A stretch of DNA of 64,000 nucleotides from Octopus vulgaris (Eukaryota). Of this stretch, positions 42,764-55,884 are shown piece by piece. The notes beneath the pieces were generated by a model. The model saw only the letters and a list, made by a program, of their open reading frames with translations, was not told the DNA's origin and made no database searches. The DNA lies in assembly GCA_951406725.2 (NCBI GenBank), contig OX597815.1:19902001-19966000 (forward strand). Reading direction: 5' to 3'. The position numbers and the translations under genes are program-made. Within the stretch, counting starts at the first letter, position 1. Each line of letters opens with the position of its first letter.

Positions 42764-43003
42764 TATATTAGTCAAAGTATATAGTATTATAGATTCATTA
42801 CAGCTGAGCTTACCAAGCGATTTCGCACGGGTTATTGGATAATCGGGCGGTTATCAAATAACCAAGAATCGTGGGATTTTTTCCATACTTGCCGCCTCTG
42901 AAGAGAACGTGTATTAGATACCTACCTGTCCAGTTATTTAATATCCAGTGCGAAACTGATCGGCTGTAATGGATCTCTAATACTGCATAGTTTGATTAAT
43001 ATA
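42764..43003. mobile_element. MITE with ~44-bp imperfect terminal inverted repeats, TA-flanked
   Basis: 42764-42807 versus reverse complement of 42960-43003 match 37/44; inner IR TTTCGCAC/GTGCGAAA. Confidence 0.7.
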
Positions 43004-43120
43004 TTTATGTATTTGTTCCTCAACTGATATTATGTACGTATTTTGTTTAAATGTTCTTGCATGTGATTTTTACGAACAATAATTGTAATGAAGAAATAAG
43101 TGTACATCTTTAATATATCA

Positions 43121-43456
43121 CGGAGATGTACTCGCATAGCAAGTAATTTGATCTGAGATCGTGTGCTGAAACGAAAACAATTGCAGCGTGGAAGGTGTTT
43201 ATAAGCCATTTAAGAAACACACAAAAGCCGTTCGATTCACTTCAACATTTAAGTTTAATTTGTCAAAATATTTTCGTCGCTAAAATCCGCGACCTGTTCA
43301 CTGACAAAGTCCGTGCAGCACGGACTTTGTCAGTGAACAGGTCGCGGATTTTAGCGACGAAAATATTTTGACAAATTAAACTTAAATGTTGAAGTGAATC
43401 GAACGGCTTTTGTGTGTTTCTTAAATGGCTTATAAACACCTTCCACGCTGCAATTG
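43121..43456. mobile_element. Recent Penelope-like insertion with inverted terminal duplication (perfect palindrome 43175-43459) and 12-bp TSD
   Basis: Arms 43175-43316 and 43318-43459 are exact reverse complements; TTTAATATATCA at 43109-43120 and 43457-43468; contains hammerhead motif. Confidence 0.75.
43326..43375 (+). ncRNA. Minimal type I hammerhead ribozyme, G3-C8 variant (mirror copy on minus strand 43259-43308)
   Basis: Stem I TTTGTCA/TGACAAA, core GTGAACA+G, stem II GTCGC/GCGAC, GAAA, palindromic AATATT stem III, predicted cut after 43368. Confidence 0.7.
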
Positions 43457-43530
43457 TTTAATATATCATTTTTATTTTAATATTTTTTTAAATTGTGTAA
43501 TATATGTGGAAATCCAGTAAGACATAGAAA

Positions 43531-43559
43531 ACTAATATCTCTTTTTTTTTCTTTTCCAG
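43531..43559 (+). promoter_or_regulatory. Branch point, polypyrimidine tract and 3' splice site of the innexin coding exon
   Basis: ACTAAT (43531-43536), CTCTTTTTTTTTCTTTTCCAG|G; in-frame TAG at 43525 upstream and no ATG. Confidence 0.9.
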
Positions 43560-44763
43560 GCTGGACAGTGTGTTGGGAAGTTTTGCAACTTATGCTCGCT
43601 TGAAAGGGCGCTACGACGATGACTGGATCGACCGGTTAAATCACCTTTACACGACAATAATATTTATTATTTTCACAATTGTTGTGAGCACCAAGCAGTA
43701 TGTTGGGGAACCGATTCACTGCTGGTGTCCTGCACAGTTTACTTCCGGACACAGGGATTATGCCAATAACGTGTGTTGGATATCAAACACGTACTACGTT
43801 CCTTTCGAGGAGCGAATACCTTTGCACCGGGAGGGAAAACAGCAAAAGGAGATCGGATATTATCAATGGGTTCCCATGATCCTTCTCTTCCAAGCCTTGT
43901 TATTTAAAGTTCCTTGTATATTGTGGAGGATCCTTGGTGCTTCCGGAGGCGTAAACCTGGATAAGATTGTTACGTTAGCAGCCGACACCCAATTTGTGGC
44001 TCCTGAAGATCGAGAGAGAACTATCAAACATATAGTCCGATATATGGACCGCTGGCTTGAAAACGCCAGGGAATATCGATCGGGCTGCCTCATACGAATG
44101 CGCCAGACTCTATCGAAATACTGTTGCATTGTGTGGGGGAAACGCTATGGAAATTACCTCTTTATTATCTACATGGTTATCAAGATTTTTTACATGGGAA
44201 ATGCTGTAGGCCAGCTTTTCATTTTGAATGAATTTTTAGGCACAAACTATAATCTGTACGGATTTGAAGTCCTGAGTCACTTAGCCAATGGAGATGACTG
44301 GACGGAGTCTCCTAGATTCCCACGTGTGACGATGTGTGACTTTGAAATTCGCCAGATGCAAAATGTTCATAAATACACTGTACAGTGTGTGCTACCCATC
44401 AACCTATTCAATGAGAAGATTTTTATTTTCATTTGGTTCTGGTTAGTGTTTGTTTCAACCTTTAGTGCCGGCAATTTTCTGATATGGTTTTATGCAATGG
44501 TATTCCGCCAACACCGTATTAGATATCTGAAAAAGTTCCTGAGAGTGAACGAATGTTACAAGACAGAACTGGATAAAAAAATGGCGGTGAAATTCGCGGA
44601 TCAATACTTAAGGCATGATGGGATATTTGTTTTGAGACTTGTAGGCAAAAACGCCAATGACGTGCTGGTATCCGAGCTTGTTCTTCAACTGTGGAACCAT
44701 TACCGGAACAAGCCACTTTTTCGGCACGCCAACCCCATTAGCGACGACAACAGTAACGTCTGA
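43560..44763 (+). CDS. inx: Innexin (invertebrate gap-junction protein, unc-9-like); main coding exon, start supplied by an upstream exon
   Basis: 400 open codons from 43561 (LDSVLGS...); DDDWIDRLNH N-terminal motif, GEPIHCWCP, CWISNTY, signature YYQWV, FPRVTMCDF, QCVLPINLFNEKIF; four hydrophobic TM segments. Confidence 0.97.
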
Positions 44764-44988
44764 CTAGCCGTCAGGCACCTTATCAAATTTCTTCAACTCA
44801 AACAACACTCACGTTTGTTACGCCTGCTATGGCCCGTGGAGGCCGAACACGGTGTCCTTTTATCAGGAAGGGCACTCAAAGGACAGCGACAACAACAGAT
44901 ATGTCGCGAGTCAAACGAAATTCGGCTGGGGTATTGCCAAGGCAACACAACTAGCTGCGGACAGCCCAAAAAAACTATACCAAAATAA
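44764..44988 (+). other. Candidate stop-codon readthrough extension of innexin (74 codons after TGA-CTAG)
   Basis: TGA CTA G context; in-frame LAVRHLIKFLQLKQHSRLLRLLWPVEAEHGVLLSGRALKGQRQQQICRESNEIRLGYCQGNTTSCGQPKKTIPK* ending TAA at 44986-44988. Confidence 0.45.
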
Positions 44989-44989
44989 A
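44984..44989 (+). terminator. Possible proximal poly(A) signal AATAAA
   Basis: First AATAAA after the CDS; weak because the hexamer is common in AT-rich DNA. Confidence 0.25.
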
Positions 44990-46226
44990 TTTAAAAAAAC
45001 ATCCAAAGTGTTTTAAACTAACAGATTAATAGAATGAAAGTTAAATTTTTGTTTATTAACTTTAGTCATAGGATTAAGAAACCATTTCAAATAAATAAGG
45101 CTGGGTGAGTCTTCATTCCATAAAGATACTGGCAACTGAAGCTACGTAAACACTTTTCTCCTCTTTATACATACATAAACAAAACAGATTAGGAAAAAAA
45201 ATCTAGAGTTGATTTGCTTCACTGGATTGATTAAACCATAAACGTAGAATATTATTCTTGTAATAAAAACATCATCAAGTAAAAATTCTGCCAAATATTT
45301 GGTTGGTTACTCAGGACAAGAATGTTAAGGTCTAGAGAAAGAGAATATATAATAGGCAAGTGAAATGGAAAGGAAGTTAATAGGCATTAAATGAACAGTA
45401 AAATATATCAGATTAATATCAGATTAACACTGTGACTGAGACATAAGCAAACATGAACACACACATACACTGATAGAACATTAGGTCTTAAAGAGAAACT
45501 TCCTATCTGTAATGACGGTCAGTATAGTACACTATAAGGACACCAATTGCACAAATAGTACAAGACCAAACATAAGTGTTGAAGAGAAGTCACAACAGAA
45601 AGATCATGTTTTTTTACATGTTTCTGACTCAATCAATAATGGGGCAATGTAGGGAAATTATAAATAATGCAAACAACTACTACTACTACTATTACTACCA
45701 CTACCACTATTACTACCACTACCACTATTACATACCAGCACCATACATACAACAACTATTCTTACTACTATTACTACTGCTACTACTACTACTACTACTA
45801 GTATTGCTGCTGCTGCTACAACAAACAACAACATTATTAGCGATCTTAAAGGATATCTTAATTGCAATTTTGAAGTTAATTTCATAATTGAATTAAGACT
45901 ATTTTTTTTTTCTTTGTCTTAGTTTAAGATTTGGTTTCAACTGTCTCACTCCCAAATAAACTCATACAAATGCACACACATTCATATATACATATTGCGT
46001 GTGTGTATGTGTGTATATACATATATATTAGACATATATATGTATACATTATAAAGAAATGCATGCAAATATGCATAATGAATAACAAATTCCTATTATT
46101 AATGATCATCTGTTACTAAACGCTATCTCAGTAGATATGAACATGTAGCCATTGCATGTATATAGATATATTTCACTTCAGTTAAAAACATAAATACAAA
46201 AAAAAACCACAAAAAACACACACAGA

Positions 46227-46277
<51 letters not shown>

Positions 46278-46374
46278 ACACACACACACACGTATATATC
46301 CATATACAAACACACAAATATATATATACACACATATATAATATATGCATATATATGTATGTGGTGTATACCTC

Positions 46375-46413
<39 letters not shown>

Positions 46414-46767
46414 GTAGTTTTCTGCAAGCATGTCTAACTGGCACCCAAAATAAAGAATTATATTTTATAACCTTATTAATGAGAATTATAAATTTTTATT
46501 GACAAAATATTTAAGAATATTAATAATAGTTACAATAAAATTACTAATAATAAATATCTACACAACATACACATACATTCACCCATATTTATATATTCCT
46601 TTATACATACATGCATATTTATATATACCATACATTTATCATGTGTGTGTATGCATAGATGTGTGCATATGTATGAGTTAACAAATATATATATATGTAT
46701 ATATATATACATACATATATACATACATACATAAATACATACATACATACATACATAAATACATACA

Positions 46768-46798
<31 letters not shown>

Positions 46799-48188
46799 TA
46801 CTTCAACATATATAGATATACGTGTAGATAGTTATGTGTATGTTTATATTACATATATATGTGATAATGCACATATATTTACTTCAGATTTAGCCATACA
46901 TATATCTATGTATATAAACTATTTGTATATATTGTTCTATAATTATGCACATGTATCTAATACTGTAAATACATACATATATATGTATATATATAAATAT
47001 GCATATGTGTGTGAGTGTATGTGCATGAATGTATGTGTATATTTATATGAAAAAGCAAGGGTGTGTATATAAATATAAATGACTTAGGTAATTGAATATT
47101 TAAGTTTGTGGCAGTGGCAGTATGTTTTTACGAATTTCAATAACATACAACATTAATGCATTCATTTACTATTTTCCCCTACATTTTTTTAAAAAAAAAG
47201 TTTTTTTAATGTATCAAAAAGAAGCCAATTATAGTTACAATTGGTTGTTGTTTTGTTGCTGTTGTTGTTTTATTTTTAGTCTTTTTCCCCCCATCCACTA
47301 CAAAAAAAAAAAAAGAATATTAATTTTCTTCCATGAAAAAAATTAGAACAATATTTGATTAAATTAAATCTTTTACAATATGAAACTATGAAAGTTAGAA
47401 GAGAATATATTTCTAGGCCGTCCATTCTTCCAGCTCAGTCTGCTCACATACACACAAAACACAGAGATATACTCCCTCACACACAAATTCACATAATCAC
47501 ATACTCACATAATTACATAGTCACATAACCACCTTACTCACGTAATCAAACACAAACACACATCTTGAATGTGTAAACTAGCAGCAAATATTCTGTATCA
47601 TTTAAATAAGAATACATCTTAACTGAGCACCATAAAATATACCAAAGCTTCAAGGCTTTTTTTTCTTTTTTTTTTTATAATTAGTGATACATGTGATTGC
47701 AGCATCTCACCTGCTTTATATCACAGCAGCCCCATCTGACTAGCAATAAGATTCTGCCCTAAATTTACTTCTCCTTGTGCTTGTTTATTTGAACAATGAC
47801 AAGAGGTCTTCACTGATCCACATTCTCTGAGGCTCTATACGTCAGAATCATGGGGATTGTATATGGTTGTAATCTTACTATATGGTACAATACTCACTTT
47901 TACAATCCAGTAATAATAATTTAAATAAATTAAAAATAATAATAATTATTATTATTATAAAAATAAACCCAGCAGCAATAATCCTACTTATACTTAGCTA
48001 TAGAATTAATTATTATAACTGAAAATTATCATTATAATATGCTAACTAATATTAACTAATATCCAAGCACAATTTATAGAGCACCAACATTGAATTTTCT
48101 TTTTCTTGAAACCTAGCGTGATGTAATCTTAACAGATAAAGTTCTATATCTATATTCACATACATCACGTTCATGTAAATAAACTTAG

Positions 48189-48232
<44 letters not shown>

Positions 48233-48405
48233 CACACACAGTCTTACAAATATACATACAATGTGCATGTATATGCATCAAATATACACACATATATGCA
48301 TATAAGAATATATATGTAAGCATGTATACAAATATATGTACATATATTTATGTACATATGGATATATATGTATGTAAATATGTATATATATATGTACACA
48401 TATAT

Positions 48406-48441
<36 letters not shown>

Positions 48442-50112
48442 TTATATATATATATACACACATGCATATATATATGTATGTCTGTATATATATATATGTG
48501 TGTAATTGTGTATATGTATATGTATATGAATAGTCATGCATGTATATATAAATATAAAGGATATATACAGAGTTATATATAGTTATATGTATATAATGTA
48601 TATGTATATAAAATCATTCAGACAAAAACAAGCATTTTGCTTATATCTATGAACAATTATATTCTTATTTATATATGCGTGTATATGTGTGTTTGTGTGT
48701 ATGTTTACATGTGAATGTTTATGTGTGTGTATGTGTATATGCATGTACATATATGTATGTATATATACACACTCACACACACATATGCATATACATGCAC
48801 ATACACACATGTATGTATACATACATATATATACACACACATGCACACATACACACACCACATATATACACTTAGATTTAGAATGTATCCTTTAAGTTCA
48901 TGTTTTCAATTATAACTTTTTTAATTGTTTATTATATTTCATAAATTCAAACATCTCTTTAGGAAGTAAATTTAAACTTCTCCACCTCTTTTAATACTAA
49001 TTAATACTTATTAATTAAGTTAAATGATTCTTCCCTGTTCCAACTAATTAAATTCATTTACAAACAACACACATTCACAGTGATATACATCTATATATAT
49101 ATATACACTCTCACACTGTAATATACAGTTATATACATGCATGTTTGCATTAATACATACATATATATATACATATATACATATATATATATATGCATGT
49201 ATGGCTGTATGTATGCGTGTATGTACTTGTATATATAAGCACACAATGTATTTGTATATACATATACACCCAAACATCGTAATGCATACACAGACATACA
49301 CCCACCTTAAGTACTACTTCCCATCAATCTAGAAAATGTTCAGATTTTTTAATTTTTTTCAGTAGCAGAAACCAAAGCCCAGAAAATATCTGTGTTATAC
49401 AAGAAATATTTTTCTTTACATTGAAATTATGTAAAAAGAAAAAAACATTATGTTAATATGTTGAAATTATTCTTCATTAATTGTTTATGTTTTTGCGTGG
49501 TGAAATCTGTTAACATTCTTGTTGATGTTATGTTGATATCTATGTTGTTATTTTATTCATATATCATAAAACAGATCTTCCGAGAGAAAACTTCAATATT
49601 TCACATAGAAACACACATACACAGACACACATATCATATCATATATATATATATATATATATATCTATGTATATATATATATATATATACATATATGGAT
49701 ATACATATGGTGTGTCTGTGTGTGTGTGTGTGTGTGAGTGTGTGCGTGTATGAAAGACATATTTCTGTGAAATGAGATGTATATGTTACTGAATAAGGTA
49801 TAAGGTAGGTATACATAATGCCACTACTATAATAAAAATAGTAACCGTGTAATAAAGTACCTATGAAAAAACTAATTGCATCTTGTGGACATGATGAGAA
49901 TTATACATGCTATAGAATAAATATCAACAGTAATGATGAAGAATCTACTATGGTACATGGAACAGGTGGATATCAGGTATATCTTACAGTGACTAGATTG
50001 AGGTACATGTTACTGTAATTTGCCACTAAGTAGAGGTACATATTCTGAAACTGAATTTGTAATATACACACTAGAATAATATTGATACAGTATAGAATGG
50101 GAGATACTTACT

Positions 50113-50185
<73 letters not shown>

Positions 50186-50493
50186 GACATATACAGCCCC
50201 CTTAAATACAAGGTAGCTAGACAGTGGAAAATAAAGAAAGTGAAGATAGCACCAGTTATTGTTGGATCCTTGGGGACAATATCAGAAGGCATTAAGAGAA
50301 ATATAAAGGAAATCGGAATAGAGTGCCCAGTAGAACTGTTACAAAATGTTTGCCTCTATGGCACAGCCTGAATAATCAGGAAATTATTAGATAGTTGAAA
50401 CGGACAGATAGTATGGTACCATAGGCTGCAGGTAGCAAGCCCACTAAGCAAGCAAGACTCCAGAAGTTCCCACAAAATTCGAGTTTTTGTTGG
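50186..50493 (+). mobile_element. R4/Dong-like LINE 3' fragment within (TAA)n
   Basis: Manual translation YSPLKYKVARQWKIKKVKIAPVIVGSLGTI...VELLQNVCLYGTA*IIRKLL*; (TAA)n on both sides. Confidence 0.8.
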
Positions 50494-50509
50494 AATAATA
50501 AAAATAATG

Positions 50510-50561
<52 letters not shown>

Positions 50562-51347
50562 AGTGTGGCTCATTAGCATAAGGAATTTCATAGGGTTTGA
50601 AATTAATAAAGAGGCATATTTGAAGTTTGTAGCGGTTCATCATTGAATAGTTTGGAAGAGAGAAAGGTATTTGCAGTGCTATTATTTGAATAGGTGAACA
50701 AGTGCAACCAAAGTGGAAGAAATTGACCAAAGATTTTTTAAACAAAATTCAAAAAGACTGTGATAAGAGAAAATACCAATAAAATTAAACAACCTAAGTA
50801 CTGTATTCACTGATTTGTCCAAACCTCAAGAAACATTTGTGATATATCATAGACATATAAATAGATTTTAGAATGATCTCTCGTGTATTTTGCATGTAGC
50901 ATAGAGTTTCTTTTTGATGATGATAATAATGCTTGATGATGAAGATGACAGTATTAGTCTGAGTGTGTGGAATTGGTGAGGGTAACATTATTGGCAGTAA
51001 TAATGATGATGATAAGCATTGACTGATAAATATATATATATGTATATATATATGTATATATATAACTGAAAAATTGTGATTCCCTCAATCATGACTAAAT
51101 ACTGCACTATAGGTATTTTATGCATTATTGTCAGAAGTTGTCAGAAGCTTTGGTAAGTAAGTGTAAAGTTACCAAAAGAGTGTGTGAGGTCTGAGATTCC
51201 AACTTACCCACCCGCCAACCATCATATTTGTTGACACTGCCACTATATACATAGATGCAGAGTTACACACTCTTGGGTGGACTTAGAAAGATTCACTGAT
51301 TCAGAAAAATATCTTGTAACAGGGTAGACACATTAAAAATAATGATG

Positions 51348-51411
<64 letters not shown>

Positions 51412-51424
51412 TGATAATAATAAT

Positions 51425-51590
51425 ATTCCCATGGTGACTGGTGTATTTGGTACAACACCTAAAATGCTACCTATAAGACTATATTCTGCATGAATCCTGA
51501 GAAAGATTCTTAAGATTTGAGGAGACTTGTTGCCACTAAAACTCACAATAACACTCTGGCTAATTAAATTATTATGCAGAAGCCTGATAA
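51425..51590 (+). mobile_element. Short degenerate R4/Dong-like 3' fragment after (TAA)n
   Basis: IPMVTGVFGTTPK...SA*ILRKIL* followed by GGAGACTTGTTGCCACT UTR. Confidence 0.55.
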
Positions 51591-53426
51591 TAAAATGATG
51601 ATGTGGCTGGTGTTGAAAATGATGGTGTATATAGCTACAACACAAAATGCAATATTTCTTGTTTATTAGTGACCCTAATATTATCATCCTTCCAAATTGA
51701 CATGCCATTATGATTACAAAACGGTATATAGTCAAAGTAATCCCATTATTGTTACAACTACTGCCACATGAATTCCTGTCTTGGAATGTTAAACTGTTAC
51801 CATTAGCAATATTAAAACATATTACTGTCTCGATCAATAAACATTTACAAGCATTTGAAACATGACAAAAATTAGTCTCTTTCCATATCTTCAAGAAAGA
51901 AAAAAACACAAACACACACAACTGTATTTAGTAAAAGTATAAAATTATATATATGACCAGAGGAATAATAATAGCTACAGACACCATTCACACACACATA
52001 GTTATTAACAGAATTACAAATATTTGCAATTCTAGTAATAACAGTTAGTATATCTATGAGCGTAGCCAAACAATAGTTATATCTAACAAGTTCAGTGACA
52101 CTTTGCTGATGACGATGATGATTATGATGATGATGAATTTAGATAGTACATGCATTCTACACAAGAAATAGAGTAAAGTTTAGAGAAACACCAGAAGCAA
52201 TAAAACAAAAACTCAGACTAAAGCAAACAAGATGTACTGTACAAACAAAATTCTATGCTTATTAATACAGTAAATGTATTAGAAATATAGTGATGAATAA
52301 TAATAATGAAATTATTGTATACAGTGCTCAGGTGCACCACAACTAGAAACTCACATGAAACCGTTGGATTGTGATGATGGTAGTAATAATAGTTATTATA
52401 GTTTATTGTTGTAGGATACAAACAAATAGGAGATAACATTTCCAGCCCAATGAAATTAGTTACAACTGTAGTAAACAAAATAGAGGTGAATGGCCAAGTA
52501 GATTATTTACATAAGATCAGTAAGTTCAGTTGCACTGCTGGTTTTTCTTGTGAGTTTGAGTGGAAGCGGGGATATATTAATGCCTAAGTTCACCTAGTCA
52601 AAAGTAATGACAATTTTACTTCCAGTAAATTAGTGTTATTAAGGGAGAGGTGCAATTTATGTCATGTACATTTAACAACAGAGAAGCAAGAGATAAGAGT
52701 GGACTTAAATTAGTCTTAGGAGTCCTATAAGAGGGTTACAGTTTAGGTCAAAGAGATCCTGGACAGTTTGGTCCCAGCTCAAGTAGGGCCTAATGAATCT
52801 GATAATATGACTGGATTAATACCTATCCCATAGTCATGTACATCACTAAGTTTTATATTTTTTACATTTATACCCAGTAACTTTACCAGTAATACCAATG
52901 GCAACAACAATATTAATAGTACTAACAATTTAAAAAGATATAACAAAAATAACAATACTCCATTGCCTCAATAATAAGAGTAAGATTAAACTATATAACA
53001 CACTACTACTAAACATTAATGGTAACATCACCAACATTAAAAACAACAACAATAACACTATCGCTAACAACAACAGCATCACCCAAGCAACTAACAGTAA
53101 CACGATGGCCACCACCACTCTTGATAACCGAATCTTCTTCAAATCACTTCCCCCATGTTGAAACAAAGAATACATTAGACAATGTAGTCTATGTGAAATG
53201 ATGGCCGTTCAATGCTAGAAAATACTTGATTACAGGTCGACTCATTCAGAGTTGACCTGGGCTAAACAACAACAGTGTACAGCTACACTGCTAACAGCTA
53301 GTATTTTCACTATTGATCCACACTCTCCACACATTCACACACACACACACACACACACATGCTGCTGCACCTCTCTTCTCCGCCTCCGCCTCCAACTACT
53401 TCTGTCACCATCACCATTACTACCTC

Positions 53427-53606
<180 letters not shown>

Positions 53607-53785
53607 GGCCCCACCTGCAAGGTCATGCGCTGTTTATCTTGATATGAAATCACCATGCCGCACACATGTGGTTGTGATGCATGTGCCTAGTGTACCCTTA
53701 TCAGACAAATAGTTATGATGGGTATACTGGGCTTCGTATATTTCACCCCAGTGTCACTTTGATGGCATGCACTGCTCTCTCACTC
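53607..53785 (+). mobile_element. Unclassified retroposon 3' fragment embedded in (TAA)n
   Basis: Homologous to 16283-16463; TAA repeats on both sides. Confidence 0.7.
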
Positions 53786-53789
53786 AATA

Positions 53790-53832
<43 letters not shown>

Positions 53833-54283
53833 CACCTGTCATTTGCCTGCCTTATATTGATAAAATGGCCAGAGGCTGTCAGGTTGATATAAGCTAAAAA
53901 AAACATCCCTAAATTTCATGTGGAATGATCATACATAAAGTATAACTATCTTTTCACAAAGAAGCTATGTGCAAGATCTCGTAGTAAATGTAAGTTAATA
54001 AACCTAATAAACATAAATTAAGGACTGATGCTCTGAATGACACATGCAAGAAATTCTTCATTACTGAAATTTCCTTTGGGAATTTTTTTTTTTTGTCTAT
54101 TTGTATTCAGTACATTATCTAATAATTCCTCACCCCAAATTTATGCCATTGGTAAATTTCAGTTTTTTTCGCTAGTTTTGGGGGTTTTTCTTTTTAAATA
54201 ATATATTAGTCAATATTATCACTGCCAGTGTGAAAAATATACGTGAGGATGCATTTCAGGTCAAAAGATAGAGTAAAGTGTAC

Positions 54284-54319
<36 letters not shown>

Positions 54320-54630
54320 AAGCCCTTTAGTTTGTTTGAATTCATCATGACTAAGACCATGCTGGAGCACTGCTTTTAGATATGAACTTGTTTAAAAAGA
54401 AATTTATTGTTCTAGAATATATTATTTATTATTTATTATAAATGAGTTACTTGAAATTGACCCTAGCCAAATATTTTTCATCTTTCAATGATGATGATGA
54501 TGATGATAATAAAGGATACTGCTTACATTATTTACCACAAAACAACATATATACAAAGATTTAAATATATATATATATATCAAGGACATGCATTTTGAGA
54601 TGTGTGTGTATATAAATCAAATTATACATG

Positions 54631-54661
<31 letters not shown>

Positions 54662-55821
54662 ACTGTATGTGACAATATATAGAATTTGGCTAGCTAGAAC
54701 CCAAACTTTCTGAAATTAGAAGTTTCATCAAACAAGGGTTCATTTGAAGCTTTTAGGGGCTATTTAGGTTATGTATATAGATACATATTAGTAAAATGGC
54801 AAAATGGTTGTCTGAAGATCCTAAGGTTTGTCAATAACTTATGTGAGGAAACCCTGAGCAAAGACAATACTAGTCTTAAAGACTACATTGCAAGTGTTAT
54901 CATGAACAAAATATGAGCTCTCAATTTAAAGCAAATAATGGAAGGAAATATTAAGTTTTAGCTGTTGTCAACTTGTACTTCTAGGACTTCATGGCAGAGG
55001 GTTCTGCTATAGCATTTGAAACAGACAAGGAAAAACATTAGCACTAGTAAAATCATTTATGATTGTGCACTAGTAGTAACAGTAGTAGTACCAGCTAACT
55101 GATTTCCTTTATTGACTGAAATCATCAGTTTTTATTAATTTTTCTTAAAATTTATTTTTGATTTTTCGGAAGAGAATAATGATTACATGACACATGCTTA
55201 TCTAATAGGCATTTGTGATTCATGTGATACACCTCTCTTAGACTCATTTTGAGAACTAAAGATGAGCAAATCCTTGCTGGGTTAACTTCTTTTGGCCCAC
55301 TGCATACTACTACTACTACTAAAGCATAATAGTTGCAGCGTTTGTGATGGTGAGACTAATGACTCTGACTTCAAAATTTGACACAAAGTTTTAGAAGAAT
55401 GGTGAAAATTGATTTGAATCAATATGAATAAGTGTTTTATTGCTCCAGTAACATGAATGATAAAGTTCACTACTAGAGGGATTTGAACTCTGAACATAAA
55501 TATAGCATTACAAAAAATTATAATCATACTAATAATGATGAAGGTAATTACACAAATTACATTACTGGCTTTAACATATCTAACATCTTCAGACAATAAA
55601 CATATGCAATTATGCATCAATTGTATATCATTTAAACAGTTATATATGACTCTGTGTGTGGGTGTGTGTGTGTGTTGGTAGATAGATAGAGAGAGAGATA
55701 GATAGATAGATAAGATTTTAGCATAAGGGGTGCTAGTCAATACCCTCTATCATCTTTGTGACCCTAATTAATTTTGCCTTTATGTTCTAATTGTTAATTA
55801 GCCACCCTTTTTAATTTGCTT

Positions 55822-55884
<63 letters not shown>

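Noticed and set aside
43863-44716. Antisense ORFs overlapping innexin
   Set aside because: Short shadow ORFs of the coding strand with no recognisable domain.
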